The notes: generated by a model not told the origin, from the letters alone. 64,000 bases of DNA from Octopus sinensis (GCF_006345805.1 NC_043005.1:58962001-59026000), one strand, 5' to 3'. Positions 26,226 through 40,635 are shown, numbered from the stretch's first letter. Numbers and translations: made by a program.

Positions 26226-26520
26226 GGGTGTAACAGTCATGAGTGAAATGAATTTCATTATAATCCTGTTCTAATGGGGTTGACCTGAGGCTAAATAACA
26301 AGATCAATAGCATACTGTGAAGGGTACCAAAGGGAAATAGTCTGACGTAGTATATCTTAATAATTCCTGCTAACTTTGGTGCATTGTTATTCTTTTTAAA
26401 GATTCTTGATGCTCAGACACCTAGGGGATTTTATATTCCTCTGTGAAGCTGAAACAATTCAAAGATATTCTTTTATTCTTTTATTTGCTGCAGTAATCTT
26501 GACTGTAGCCATGCTGGAGC
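26226..26520 (+). repeat. Dispersed duplicate of 5614-5680 + 6024-6245 (empty-site copy lacking SINE C)
   Basis: About 8 mismatches over ~185 nt of non-repeat flank (6024-6207 vs 26291-26473); single TGACCTGAGGCT. Confidence 0.9.
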
Positions 26521-26860
26521 ACTGCTTCAAAGAGTGTTGGTCAAAGAAACCGACCCCAGGACTTATTCTTTGTAGGCCTGGTACTTATTCTATCTGTCTC
26601 TTTTGCTGAACCGCAAAGTTATGGGGACATAAATACACAAACATCTGTTGTCAAGGATGGCTGGGGTCAACACACACACACACACTTACACATACATACA
26701 AATACATGCATATATATACGATGGGCTTCTTCCAGTTTCTGTCTACCAAATCCACTCACAAGGCTTTGTTCAGCCTAAGGCTATAGTAGAAAACACTTGG
26801 CCAAGATGCCATGCAGTGGGACTGAACCTGAAACCATGTGGTCAGGAAGCATGCCTGCAC
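26473..26860 (-). mobile_element. SINE-A copy
   Basis: Reverse complement of family A; its displaced tail fragment lies at 26160-26225. Confidence 0.75.
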
Positions 26861-27509
26861 CTATATACAAGGTGACTTAAAAAAGTAACTGATTTTATTT
26901 TTTCCCATCAAAACTAATGTTGTATGGGCAAAATCCTTTGGGTGGGAGGTGGTGCCACCTTTCCTGCTCTTGTGAGAAAACTTTTACAATGGTAGGCTGC
27001 ATCAGTCCCCCTTACTGTTATGCCTAAAATACATGTACACATGCATATACACACACACACAAACACATGCATACACACACAGCTCAAATTCACAGGAAAC
27101 AAAAAAGATGAAGACAGGTGAGCAAATAAGCAAGCATATTTATGTTTCAAGCCTATGCTCTTTGACAGAAAGGGATGAGAAGAAAAAAGTGTGAGAGAAT
27201 GAATGAACAAAGAGAGAAATAAAATGCGTAGGAATTATGGTTTAACACGTATATATATATATATATATATATATAGTGAAGTATATTTGCCACTTAAATG
27301 TGACTAACCCTTAAGGGTTGATGTTACTGTAGCTTGTAGCTCCAGGAGGACACCTCCTTCAGCTGGCAGTTGAAACACTTTCTGTGCCCTATTAGTATTT
27401 GCAAAAGGAAACCATCCTTCCCTTCTCCAACCTGACATGATACACACGGACCCGAGTTTCTGGTTATTGACCTGTCTATATAATATATATATATATATAT
27501 ATATATTAT

Positions 27510-27541
<32 letters not shown>

Positions 27542-28388
27542 TACATGTACACACACACACACACACAAATACACACATGCACATATGTACATGCGTGAGT
27601 ATCTTTGCATCTGTGTTTGACTCCCACTGCTTGACAACTGGTATTGGTGTGTTTACGTCTACATAATTTAAAAGTTTGGCAAAAGAGATTTATAGAATAA
27701 ATAGCTGGCTTTATAAAAAAGAATTAAGTGCTAGGGTTGATTCATTCAACTAAAATTCTCCAAGGTGTTGCTGCAGCATGGCCGCAGTGTAATGACAGAA
27801 ACAAGTGAAAGATAAAGATAAAAGGATTCTAATGAAATTAAATAATTTAAATTTTTTTTTTTTTTTTTTTTTAGGAAAATAAATACCAGTCAAATATTGA
27901 GATTAATATAATCAATTATAGCCTGTGAAAATAGTGCCCTACAATGGCACCAGTCCAACGTAGGAAACCAGTAACAGAACAAACAATTAAATGAGGAAAC
28001 AAGCAAAAAATGAATTTTGAAAGAGATCTGTAAAATGCTATTCAAGTAATTTCACAATGCAGATCTTTTATATCCATCTTGCCGATTGTTTTTCATTAGT
28101 TTGTTTCATATCAACTAAAGTGTCTGTTAATGCAATTTTAATATTGGCATAACAACAATAGCAGCAGCAGCAGCAGCACCGGCACCACAAATACACACAC
28201 ACACACACACACACACATGTGCATGTATACAAATTAGCATACTCCCATATACACGCACACACACTCACAAATGCATATTTGATTTGATTCTAATATTTGG
28301 GGTCAGTAGTCAGGAGTCTTTGTGATTATCGCCGTCGTCACCCCCCCTGCCACTATTGCGTCTCACATGCACTCACAGAAACACAGAG

Positions 28389-28419
<31 letters not shown>

Positions 28420-28522
28420 CATGAACATGTACACACAAACACACATGCACACACACACACACACATATGCACACAACACAAACTCAAAGAAGCCATCTAG
28501 ATAACTGTTTCTAATACAGTCA

Positions 28523-29170
28523 CTAAACAACGTCACCATTCGTCATCATTGACATCATCATCGTTGTCATCGTCATCGTCATCATCATCATCATTATCCA
28601 CACCATGACAACGACGATGACGGCGACCACTACCACTACCACCACCTCCCCCCTTCTCCATCTCTTCTGCATTGTTGTCAATATAATACTTGTCCATATC
28701 ATTGTTATCGTAATTACCACTGTCCCTGTCACATCATCAATAGTGCTTGCTATTACTATTTCAAATAACACCTCTACCGAAATACCCACTACCATCACCC
28801 CACCACCACAGTCACCACTATCACCACCATGACCAACACCACCACCACCACCACAACCACCATCCCCACCACCACTATCACCAACACTACCACCACTATT
28901 ACCACTGCTACCACCACCATTACCACTGCTACTACCACCACTACCACCATTGCCAGCACCACCACCACTACCACTACTATCACCATCACCACTACTACAT
29001 TCACTATCACCACCAACACCACCACTACCACCACTATCTCCCCCAGCACTACCATCATCACTGCTGCCGCTGCTGCTGCTGCCGCCACCACCAACACCAC
29101 CACTACCACCACCATCACCATCGTCACTACTGCCACTACTACCAACACTACCACCATCATCCTTTCTCAC
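28523..29170. repeat. Degenerate (CAT)/(CAC)/(ACC) trinucleotide tract
   Basis: Open in all six frames as homopolymer-like peptides; no splice support. Confidence 0.9.
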
Positions 29171-29224
29171 AATCATTGGATAATTGGCTCACAATCATAA
29201 CTTCATGAGTTAAATTTCTGTCAA

Positions 29225-29470
29225 CACGTGTCCTTGAGCAAGGCATTTTATTACACATTGCTCCAGTCCACTCAGCTGTCAAAAATGATTAGTACTTGTA
29301 TTTCAGAGGGCCAGCCTTGTCATTCTGTGTCATGCTGAATCTCCCTGAGAAATATGTTAAGGGTACAAGTGTCTGTGAAGTGCTCAGCTAGATGCATGTT
29401 AATTTCCCAAACAGGCTGTTCCATTGATCGAAGCAACTGGAACCATTGTCATCCTAATTGACAGAGTGCC
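29225..29470 (+). mobile_element. SINE family C, 5'-truncated older copy
   Basis: gtgtccttgagcaaggcatttt..ccactcagctg..gttaagggtac.. homologous to 5693-5940. Confidence 0.75.
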
Positions 29471-29517
29471 ACTTATAATATATATATATATATATATATA
29501 TGCATACATACATACAT

Positions 29518-29558
<41 letters not shown>

Positions 29559-29620
29559 AACATACATACATACACACACACACACACATCAATACTTGTT
29601 GGCCAAAGTTAATGCTTAAT

Positions 29621-30072
29621 AAGGTGACGAGCTGGCAAAATCATTAGCGCCTCAGGTGGTTAGTGTTATTTCACCTGTCACTATGTTCTGAGTTCAAATT
29701 CCATCGAAGTTGATTTTGCCTTTCATCCTTTTGGGGTTGATTAAATGAGTATCAGTTACACACTGGGGTTGATGCAGTCAACTTAATCCCCTCCCCCCAG
29801 TCTGCCCTTGTGGCAAAAATTTGAAATCATCATCATTATCATTTAGCGTCCGCTTTCCATGCTAGCATGGGCTGGACGATTTGACTGAGGATTGGTGAAC
29901 CAGATGGCTGCACTAGGCTCCAATCCGATCTGGCAGAGTTTCTACAGCTGGATGCCCTTTTTAACGCCAACCACTCCGAGAGTGTAGTGAGTGCTTTTAC
30001 GTGCCACCAGCACGAGGGCCAGTCAGGCAGTACCGGCAACGGCCACGCTCAAAATGGTGTTTTTAACGTGTG
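29621..30072. mobile_element. SINE-B (+, 29621-29830) abutting an (ATG)n-tailed element (-, 29827-30072)
   Basis: gagctggcaaaatcattagc..gttctgagttcaaattcc, then catcatcatt..agcgtccgctttccatgctagcatgg. Confidence 0.75.
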
Positions 30073-30834
30073 AGCATGGTCATTGCCAGTACTGCCCAGA
30101 GATGAACTGACCGGCCCAAATGAACAGACCTGCCCAGAGATGAACTGCAATAACAGTCACAAAAGCACACAACTGGACAATAGCAAAGTTGACATCAAAA
30201 GCAACAACAACAATTATAATATAATTATGTTAATTGAATACTAATTAGAATAGCAGTAATAATTACAACAAAAGAAAACATGCCACCAACAAAAGCAACG
30301 TCAACAATTATGACATCAAGAACAAGAACAATAACAACATCAAGATACATCAACAGCAACAAGATCAACTACAGCATCAACAGCAACAATGATAATGATA
30401 CCATCACCAACAGCAAAAACAGTGACAGCTACATCAATTGTGTATTAATTAGAAGAAAAGAGATATGTAGTCGATATTAGCAAATAGTAAAGGAAACCAA
30501 TAGACGTCTTGTTATAAGTCTTCACAGATTGCAAGTTATCATGGAGAATTAATTCATTGATTTATCAGAGAAAGTTGTTGTTACTGAAATGTTTAGGATG
30601 TGAAACTATCATGGATTACCCAAATGGAATTGACATTAGTAATGCTGGAAATGTTTTAGTCATGGTAACTGCTTTCATTAGTTGCTAAACTATAATCTGA
30701 CAAAGTTTCTAATTGCAGAATTTCAATGCTTTTACCTCAAAGTCAGCTATTGTTGTTTCATTATACCATATGAAGGTTATAGAATTATATTTACTAAAAG
30801 TGACCAAAATGTACTTATTCTAGATGCTTCATAC

Positions 30835-31180
30835 CTTTTACTTGTTTCAGTAAAAAAAAAAAAAACTGTGACCAAACTGGGGCAGTGCCTTGAAGAATTT
30901 TTAGTTGAATGAATAAACCCCAGTATTTATCTTTTAAAACCTGGTGCTTATTCTATTGATCCCTTTTGGTGAACCATTAAGTTACAGGGATATAAACACA
31001 CCAGTGCCACATACACACACACACACATGTCAGGATTCCTTCAGTTTTTGTCTATCAAATGCACTCATAAGGCTTTAGTCAGCTTGATGCTATAGTAGAA
31101 GACACTTGCCCAAGGTGCCACATAGTGGGACTGAACCCTGAACCATGTGGTTGGGGAGCAAGCTTCTTACCACACAGCTA
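30835..31180 (-). mobile_element. SINE-A copy
   Basis: gaagacacttgcccaaggtgcc..gggactgaaccc..cttaccacacagc. Confidence 0.75.
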
Positions 31181-31439
31181 CTAATGATTATTATAAATGT
31201 ATGTTATTTTATATATTACAAAGATTTATAAACTTTTAGATCAGTTCAAATATGTTTGTAATATATTTGATCTGCATAAAGGCCACTATCACTGCAGTTT
31301 GCCAAGGAGAAAATTTCTTGCTTTAGACAACAGGTGATAAAGCACTAACAAGCATTTCTGAGCGTCCTTTGTGGACCAATGAATGCATTTCAAGCTTGTG
31401 AGCTACAAAAATTTATATTTCATTACATTGTATCATGTA

Positions 31440-31808
31440 CAAGAGGATGCTGAAAAGTTCCTGGCTTTGGGTAAAAGAAAATATAGGAGGATTAGTTAAT
31501 TATGATTTTATGTTAGGAAGGGCATGGCGTTAGGAAGGGCATCCAGCCATAGAAACATTGTCAGATCAGACTGGGCCTGGTGCAGCCTTCTGGCTTCCCA
31601 GACCCCAGTTGAACCATCCAACCCATGCTAGCATGTAAAGCTGACGTTAAACAATGATGATGGTGATGATGATTCTCCTCTCAGATTCACACACTTACTG
31701 CAGCAGTCCTTCAGATTTTCTAAGCCCTGTAAAAGAACTTGGAAGGTTGTGCTTTCAACCAGGCCTTTCACGATACTCTTAAAGTCAGGAACTTTTCAGA
31801 ACCCTTTG
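31440..31808. mobile_element. Mariner-derived MITE with nested (ATG)n-tailed insertion (31510-31672)
   Basis: TA|CAAGAGGATGCTGAAAAGTTCCTGGCTTT..AAAGTCAGGAACTTTTCAGAACCCTTTG|TA; collinear with 15206-15416 once the insert is removed. Confidence 0.85.
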
Positions 31809-33476
31809 TATGTTTATACGAATTTGTGTTGTGCTAAGTTAACTTTGATACTTGTCAGCTATGATTGATTAGCAGACCAATGATCAAAGATATTCTTATT
31901 GTGACCACTGCATCAATTTAAAGTAGCTGTAGAATCATTATCTAGGACTTCATTATAGGCTGACCATGCATCTGTACATGTGTGTGCAGTTTTACATAAT
32001 AGCTCTCAAGCAAACAGTCAGCTGCCCATGCATGTATGTTTCTTCTCTCCATGGCAACGATGTTTATCTAAAGGATCTAAAGATTGCTGACCTAATGTAA
32101 TACAACTTAGCACCAGAACTGTCTCTGGTATTGCTGTTAGATTGCAAAGTGCTGGAATAGATACTACAAAGTATCTGTTTTGATACTCTAATATTTCTGC
32201 TAATTCACCACCTTGGAGTTGGTACTTTGATTTCATCCTCAAAAGGTTGAAAAGCTGATAAGATTGCAATAAGATTGGAACTCAGAGTACAAAGCAACTG
32301 GACGAATGTTGGTTTCAAATTTTGGCACAAGATCAGCAGGTTTGAGGGAAGGAGTCTAAGTTGATTAAATCAAACCCTGTGTTCAACTGATACTTATTTT
32401 ATCAGCCCCTAAAGAATGAAAAGCAAAGTCAACCCTGGCAGAATTTAAACTCAGAATATAAAAACAGATGAAATAGTACAAGTGTTTCACCTGGCATGTG
32501 AATGATTCTGCCACCTCACCACCTTCATTGGGACAAATACTGCAAGACATGCTATCCAAGCTCTACTCCTGCTGCCAGAAACACAGTATTATCTAATGTA
32601 TTTTTCCTTCTTTTTCTTCTTTTGATTTTTTTTTCCCCAGACAACAGCGTGCAGTCTGACATAAAATTTAGTCTGCAATTTCTAGTCGGCCATATACCTA
32701 CATAGATGACCAACTCAGATCATTTGTTTGTTTTTTTTTTAATTTTAATTTCTTTTTATTTTGATATCTGATAAAATTGTAGTTGCTTATGACTCACTGT
32801 GGTGAACTTTATCTTTCATCTTTGTGGAGGTCAGTAAAATAAAATACAAGTCATAGCATCGCCTTAATCCCCTCCCTTTAAAATTGCTGGCTTTACACCT
32901 AAATCAGAATATTCATAACAGTCACCTTTCTTGCATACACTGTTTCTTCTGATGCTGAGTTCCTTTGTCAGTTTTCTTGTTCTCTGCTCTCAGGGCATAG
33001 CCATCCTTCTACAGTTATTTCATATCTTATTGCCTTGCTTCGCTTCACTACAAAGCTTTGAGAGAAATTAGAGAGAAAAGGATGGAGAAAGAGCGTAAAA
33101 TGAAATATTGCATGAATAATGGAATTGGTGATGACTCTTTCATCAATAAGGTGATCATCACAAGCACATTATGTATTAGCACCTTCATAAACCCAAGCTT
33201 TTCATGTTGCCTGGACTAATTCTCAAAGCCTAATTGATGACGGTGTTTGCAGCTTTAAGATGCTTGTAGTACTGTTCTTACTGATGAATACAAAAAAAAA
33301 AGCCAATGCCTAAGGATAAAAACACCTAAGGAAAAAAAAAAACATATAAGATAGCAGGAAGTGATGCAAGTTGATGTGTGCAATATTTCTTTTTAAATTA
33401 CCATAGGAGTAATCAACTTCACCTGAACAATTTCTAATTAAATCAATCACATTATGATTGATTTTTTTTTTTCTAG

Positions 33477-33561
33477 TTATGATTGGCACTGGCAGCATGC
33501 AGACAGTGAATTTATAGAAGTATGTTCCAAAAGTGGGAGAGTGTTGGCAAATGAATTACAG
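33477..33561 (+). CDS. CFAP65: CFAP65 coding exon (phase 2 start, phase 0 end): (C)YDWHWQHADSEFIEVCSKSGRVLANELQ
   Basis: Poly-T tract plus ctAG at 33476 and donor GTATGT at 33562. 85 nt, in phase with the previous exon. Matches human FEWRVSEQHRKLLAVQPSRGLIQPNERL. Confidence 0.88.
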
Positions 33562-33695
33562 GTATGTTCTTTTCTCCTTTGTTTCCTGACTGTTATATCT
33601 TTAAGCTAACAGTTGTAGTCGGAGGACATGGATTTGAAAGGATCAAAGTTCTCTTCATTAAGGGTTAGGGTCATGATAGGAGACATTCTTAAGAT

Positions 33696-34009
33696 CAATG
33701 TTTCTCAATCATTTTTTTTATCTATTGACCCCTTTGATTACTATTTTATTCTGGTGGACACCCATAATTTTATAGAAGCTTTTTTCAAAATTCCCATTTT
33801 GCTTTTCACAGTAAATTGTGTGGGCTGAACTATGTAAAATGTTAGATAATGTTACCTGTTTCTTGCAATACATACATTTAAAGAAACTTTTTTTCAGAGT
33901 CCTTAGAATACTTTTGTGGATCCTCAATTTGCTATTTTGTTGCATGGACCCCTGTCAAAATCTTATGTACACCTCAGAGGCTATATTGATCCCCCATTGA
34001 AAACCACTG
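33696..34009. mobile_element. hAT (Charlie-like) MITE
   Basis: TIRs CAATGTTTCTCAA / TTGAAAACCACTG; degenerate 8-bp TSD cttaagat/gtttaggt. Confidence 0.65.
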
Positions 34010-34251
34010 GTTTAGGTAGAGAAAATACCACTCTAGTGGGTGGGAATTATTGCTCGTATGGACTGTAACCAAATACAAACAATACTCTTTTATAGGAAGC
34101 TAGCGCATAGCTGGCATTCATAAAGAGAGCAAAATAATAGATATGAGGACATCTTGAAATCCCACCTCAAATCATGTGATATCTTCACAGATGATTGGGA
34201 AGGTCTGTACTTATTCACTTCAAAGTGGTAACCAAAAAGTTATATCTGAAT

Positions 34252-34485
34252 TAAGGCGGTGAGCTGGCAGAAACGTTAGCACGCCGGGCGGAATGCTTTG
34301 TGGTATTTTGTCTGTCGTTACGTTCTGAGTTCAAATTCCGCCGAGGCCGACTTTACCTTTCATCCTTTCGTGGTCGATAAATAAAGTACCAGTTTCGCAC
34401 TGGGGTCGATGTAATCGGCTTAATCCGTTTGTCTGTCCTTGTTTGTCCCCTCTACGTTTAGCCCCTTGTGGGTAGTAAAGAAATA
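34252..34485 (+). mobile_element. Young SINE-B (Nin/Deu-like domain) with 11-bp TSD
   Basis: CpG-rich, B box gttcaaattcc, ccgactttacctttcatcctttcgtggtcgataaataaagtaccag domain; TSD TATATCTGAAT at 34241-34251 and 34486-34496. Confidence 0.9.
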
Positions 34486-35068
34486 TATATCTGAATAAAG
34501 GGCTTTGAACACTGCCCTATTAATCAGTTACATGACTGTCATACATCTTACCATGCCAAAATTCTAGACAAACTCATCATATGTAACAAATACATCTGTT
34601 TGGTCTCTCAGCATCAACGCCAGAGACAGATATGTCTAGTTATTTGTTGCTGATGTTAAGGCAACAAAAAAACTTAGTGGATAGACAAAGTGAATTCATG
34701 AGGTCATGATGACTTAGTTCGTTATTATATTGCTTGTGTATGTGTGGATATATATACATGTTGTGTCTGTGTCCATGTCAGAGTGTATACACTTGTCTGA
34801 GTGTATGTGTGTCTCTTTTGGAACTTGATTTAAATTTCATGATAAAAATTGAAATTATTAAAATTCAGTATCTGTTATTTTAATTGTGAATGATAAGTGA
34901 ATGTATTTTAACTTCATCTGTTTTTCCTGTTTATACAAATTTGCTTCCCCCATTTTTCTCACTCTCACTCTATGTGAGTGTGTGTGTGTGTGTTTGTGTG
35001 CACATGTATATACACATACACACATAAATACATATTCACACACACACATATATTTATGTATATATGTA

Positions 35069-35670
<602 letters not shown>

Positions 35671-35994
35671 ATTTATTCATATACATACATACTTACATAT
35701 ATATATATATATCTATACACACACACACACACATATGGATATATGTGTGTGTATATATAAATATATATACATATATATGTGTATATATATCTGTATATAT
35801 ATACATACTTATATATGTATATATACATATATTTATGTATGTGTATATATATATATATATACACACACACATACACATATATATATACGTACATAAAATG
35901 TGAGTATGTGTGTGTATTTATGTATATATGTATGTATGTGTGTATGTATGTATGTATGTATGTGTGTGTGTGTATGGATGTGTGTGTGTGTATG

Positions 35995-36047
<53 letters not shown>

Positions 36048-36720
36048 ATGTGTGTGTGTAGGTATGTATGTATGGATGGATGTGCGTGTGTTCTGCAGCA
36101 TTTTAATCTATGTTTCTTCTAGTTCACTGAGTTTCTTGAAAAATTTTTTATTTTCTCTTCTGAAAACAATTAGATTAAAAGTTTGAGAAAATAATTGATT
36201 GTGATCATTAAAACACAGTTCACAATAACTTACTCTTTGATTATATATCATTAACAGCAAAAAAAATGGAAACCTTTGCACACTTCTCCATCTGACTGTG
36301 TCCTTCAGAGAATTGGAAGGAATTATTTTTTTTTCCCATTGAATATATCTTTAATTCAACCATTATTTTCTGATCATGCATTCTTCTGAGAGAGAATTCT
36401 TTTTAAAGTTGCAGTCTATGTGTTCTTGCGTTAAGCAATCAGAGAAAGATATATTTTTATTTATTTATTTATTATTTAGAAAAATTTTTTGGGAAAGTTT
36501 TATTTCTACCGGGATTGCAGCTTTGCCAAAATATGACTTTAAAAGGTTGGAATGACATCAAAATATAAAGATATTATGCATGTCATATTGAAATTAGTAA
36601 AATGAGTCACAGGAGTGAAGGTTGTGGTTGATATTGTTATTGTTGTCATCATCATCTATTGTCTGTGATTGCTGCCATCATTGTCCTTATCATTGATGTT
36701 TCAGCATAAATCTACTTTAA

Positions 36721-36942
36721 CCCTTTCATTCCCGTATTTATTTTGTGATGCTCTGTATTTCTTTCAATTAATTTTAAATATAACAAAGAATTTAGTAAAA
36801 TAACTTACTTATCGTTAAGCTAGTGTTAGGAACATAAATTGTGACTAAGGTTTGGTGGAAGATTTTAATTAAAAACTTAATGAAAACAAGACATTTGTAC
36901 TCAGAGCCAGAGCTGGTTTCAGCCGTGTTGGTATCAAAAGGG
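36721..36942. mobile_element. piggyBac-type MITE
   Basis: TTAA|CCCTTTC..AAAAGGG|TTAA; same family as 13785-13965. Confidence 0.85.
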
Positions 36943-37599
36943 TTAAAAAAGTGTCTGACTTCTGTCATGCAGTTAGCTGGTTGGACAAGCTTGTGTGATC
37001 CACAAATCTGTTGCCAAGGTACCATTTGGATATAATTATATATATGAAGTTTTACTACTAACTCCAGCAGCTCATGTAAAATTTCCTTCCCTTACCATTG
37101 CTTTTACAGAAGTAGCTCGCTCTAACTTGATAGAGTGTATCATGGGCAAGTCAGCCTCATGGGATCCATGTAACTCTAAGCTTTTCCCCTACCCAACTTC
37201 ACTTTACCCAAGAGGAATTCAGCACATTGTTATAATCCAACAAAAATTTTACCAAGGAACCACGAAGCAAAGGATCTGCCTTGTCATTTGACCTTGTGAA
37301 AATTGCAGTCAAATCTCTTATCCATCCATCCAAGTTGGGCCACTTACCTGGATCAAAGGATCCCTTCCATGTCAGACACTCCAATTGAATAATAAGACAT
37401 GAGCATCTGTTTTAGGTTTTAACCTCACTGACCTTTCATCTGCTGAGAATATCTCATCTGTGCACACCATGTCTACAGATGATAGCAATAGTTCTCTAAC
37501 TGAACTGACTGACACTGGCTTGTCTGTTCATCTCATTTATTTTTTTCAGCACCTGTGTTCAACTCCATTTATTTACTTATATGTATACATATATATATA

Positions 37600-37878
37600 T
37601 CATCATCATCATCATCATCATCGTCGTTGAACGTCCGTTTTTCATGCTAGCATGGGTTGGACAGTTTGACCAGGGTCTGGGAAGCCAGGAGGCTGCACCA
37701 GGCTCCAGTCTGATCTGGCAGTGTTTCTACAGCTGGATGCCCTTCCTAACGTCAACCACTCCATGAGTATAGTGGATGCTTTTTATGTGCCACTGTCACA
37801 GGGGCCAGAGGGGGCTGGCAATGGCCACAATCGGTTGGTGCATTTTACGTGCCACCGGCACAGAAGCCAGTCAAGGCG
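37600..37878 (-). mobile_element. (ATG)n-tailed non-autonomous retroelement
   Basis: (CAT)n cgttgaacgtccgtttttcatgctagcatgggttggac..gctggatgcccttcctaac. Confidence 0.85.
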
Positions 37879-38089
37879 CTTGGGTATACACCTCATAGTA
37901 TATTGATTAAAGCACTTTCACTGTCTATGGCTACCTGATATCAACCACAGAATTGATATGAATACCACGAGATCTACCTCAGTAATTCCTTAGTGTTCGT
38001 TGAGTATACTATAAATGAGAGAAGCAGAAAATGGAGAAACAAATTAATAAAGAATCTTTTGAATTCCATTTCCTGCTTCTTGCATTTGT

Positions 38090-38120
<31 letters not shown>

Positions 38121-38949
38121 CTGTGTGTGTGTGTATGTGTGTGTGTATGTGTGGTGTGTGTATATATGCACACATGTTTACATCGCTGAACTGTGGCCAC
38201 ACGAGAGCAGTACCTGGAAGGCCTTTTTCATCAAATAATTGATCTCACTTCTTATTTTCATAAATAGGAGGTGCCTTAGTTTACGTAATAAATATCTGTA
38301 TGATATCTAGTTTGCCTATATGAAGTAGTAATCAGTATTCCCAATACACAACACTACGTACTTGAAAATTCTTGCAATACATTTTAGATGGAAAAACTAT
38401 ATGTAACTTAAGTCTTGATTCATATAAAGAAAAAATACGATCAGCCTCTCAAGTAAGTTCTACATATCTATTATATATAAATTATATATGAATTAGTGAC
38501 CAGTAATTGTATGTAATACCTGAAACATGCTAATTCCTAGTCGACCTAAGGCCAGTATTTTAAAAAAATATACTTCTACTTAATTAAAGGTCTAGTATTC
38601 TTGATTTGAAATTCAAACCATGGGTTCACATAGGGTGAACTGAATAGCAGTTTTTATAGCTTATCAGGTTTCCAAATCCTCCTCTCATATTCCTTGCATT
38701 CAAAAACTATAGTCACCTACTGAATATAATGCTAGCTAAACCTGGCTCTAGCACAGTCGAGGTTAGTCTTGGCATGATTTTTACAGCTGGATGCCCTTCG
38801 AAATGCCAACCACTTTACAGTGTGGACTGGATGCTTTTTATGTGGCATCACAACTGGTAGGGTCACCAAGTAGCTTGCAAGACATGTAATTTTGAGATGG
38901 GCAGGGGCATTTGAAGAGGAGAACTTGTGTCAGAGGATGAAAGGTTAGA

Positions 38950-39305
38950 GGGTGACAGAGAGATGGAGAGGCAGAAGCAGGTGTCTTGATATAATGGAGA
39001 GGACATTGGTGGAGGTGATCCGATATTAGATGATGCAAGGTTAGAGTGTAGTAGAGAAATAGAGAGGCAGAAATATGTATCTTGCTATAGAGGAGGTACA
39101 TGGTTACCCAGTGAGTGAGAGAGAGAGAAGAGAGAAAGAGAGGGAGAGGGAGAAAGATGTACAAGAAAGAAGACAGAAACAGGTGTGTTGATATAAAGGA
39201 GATACTTATCTTGTCAGAGGTTAAACAACAGAAGGAGAGAGAGTGATCAAAATTGAGGGCAGAAATAGGTGTACTGCTGTAGAGGAGATACATGGCTACC
39301 CAGCC
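38950..39305. repeat. Degenerate ~95-bp purine-rich minisatellite (4 units)
   Basis: ggcagaaa.aggtgt.ttg.tata.aggaga.acat recurs near 38965, 39063, 39172 and 39256. Confidence 0.6.
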
Positions 39306-39351
39306 AGAGGGAAGAGCAAGGGGAAGAGAGATAGAGTAGGAAACATATATA

Positions 39352-40635
39352 TCAGGTCATTAAGAATGAAATGTCCGATTTTGAACTGAAAGTTTATTTT
39401 AATTTATCACAACAAAGAGCAATGCAGTTAATCAAAGTATGCACCTAAATTATCAACACAATTTTGCCATTTTATTGGTAGCTTATTTATGCCAGCAGCG
39501 AAGAATTCTGGAGGGCAAGAGGTGAGGAAATCATGAAAGGCTGTTTTTGCATCTTCTTCAGATTTGAAGTTTTTTCCTTGCAAAAAGTTGTCTAATGCCT
39601 GCAAAACATGATAGTCAGTTGGTGAAAGGTCTGGTGAATATGATGGATGACAGAGTACTTCCAAGATCAGTTCCTGTAACTTGTGTGGCGTTTTTTGTGT
39701 AACATGTGGTTGAGCATTGTCTCGCAAGAGAATTGGCCTGTTTCTATTGACCAATCTCTGTTGCTTAATTGCAAGTTCACTCGTCATTTCATTCAGTTGG
39801 ATAATGTATATATCTACTGTAATTGTTTTGCCAGGTCTCATGGATGTGTAGTGGATGACACCACCATGGGACCACCAAACAGGCATCATTAGCTTTGTTT
39901 GATGAATATTCTTGTTTGGATTGTATTTTGGCACTTCGTCTCTATCCAGCCATTGTGCACAGTGCTTGCTATTGTTGAAAAGAATCCATTTCTCATCATA
40001 TATAACAATACGGTGCAAAAATGGTTCACTTTTATGCTGTGACATCAAAGAACAGCAAGTTTCACGATGACATGTCATTTGATGCTCGTTCAATTTGTGT
40101 GGCACCGACTTGTCCAGCTTCTTTACCTTGCTGATTTCTTTCAGAATGGTCCAATACAGTTGGAATCGAAACATCAAACCTTGCTGCTAACTCACATGTA
40201 GTTTGAGATGTATCCATTTCCACTACAGTTTCCAGCTCATCATTATTCGCCCTGGACACAGGTCTACCATGGGTCTAATTTTCAAGAATAAAGTCACCAG
40301 ACCAGAACTTCTCAAACCATTGTCATACAGTGTGCTCATCTACCACATCTTCACCAAATACCTCATTATTCTTTTGAGCTGTCTGGGATGCATTGGTTCC
40401 GCAATGGAACTCATATTCATAAACAACATGAATTTTTTATCTATCCATGGGTTCCGAAAAAATGATTTACAAGAGAAAACTCACAATATAATCAGACACC
40501 AAATTGCATTTCGAAAAGTGATGATATAATTCTTCAATGTTGTAAAACAAAGAATTGTCAGGATAAAACATTAGAGTTAACAACGTTCAAACTTGGTGCA
40601 TAAGAAAACCAGATATTTCATTCTTAATGACATGA
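39352..40635 (-). mobile_element. Full-length mariner (DD34D) transposon with inactivated transposase (ATG 40448 to stop 39428)
   Basis: TA-flanked ~27-bp TIRs TCAGGTCATTAAGAATGAAAT; 1284 bp. Motifs IYDEKW, LRDNAQPH, HPSYSPDLSPTDY and GAYFD*. Several stops in the N-terminal part and one frameshift near 40150. Confidence 0.95.

Noticed and set aside
28523-29208. Long poly-Thr/His/Gly/Val ORFs
   Set aside because: Trinucleotide repeat open in all frames, with no splice sites or unique domain.
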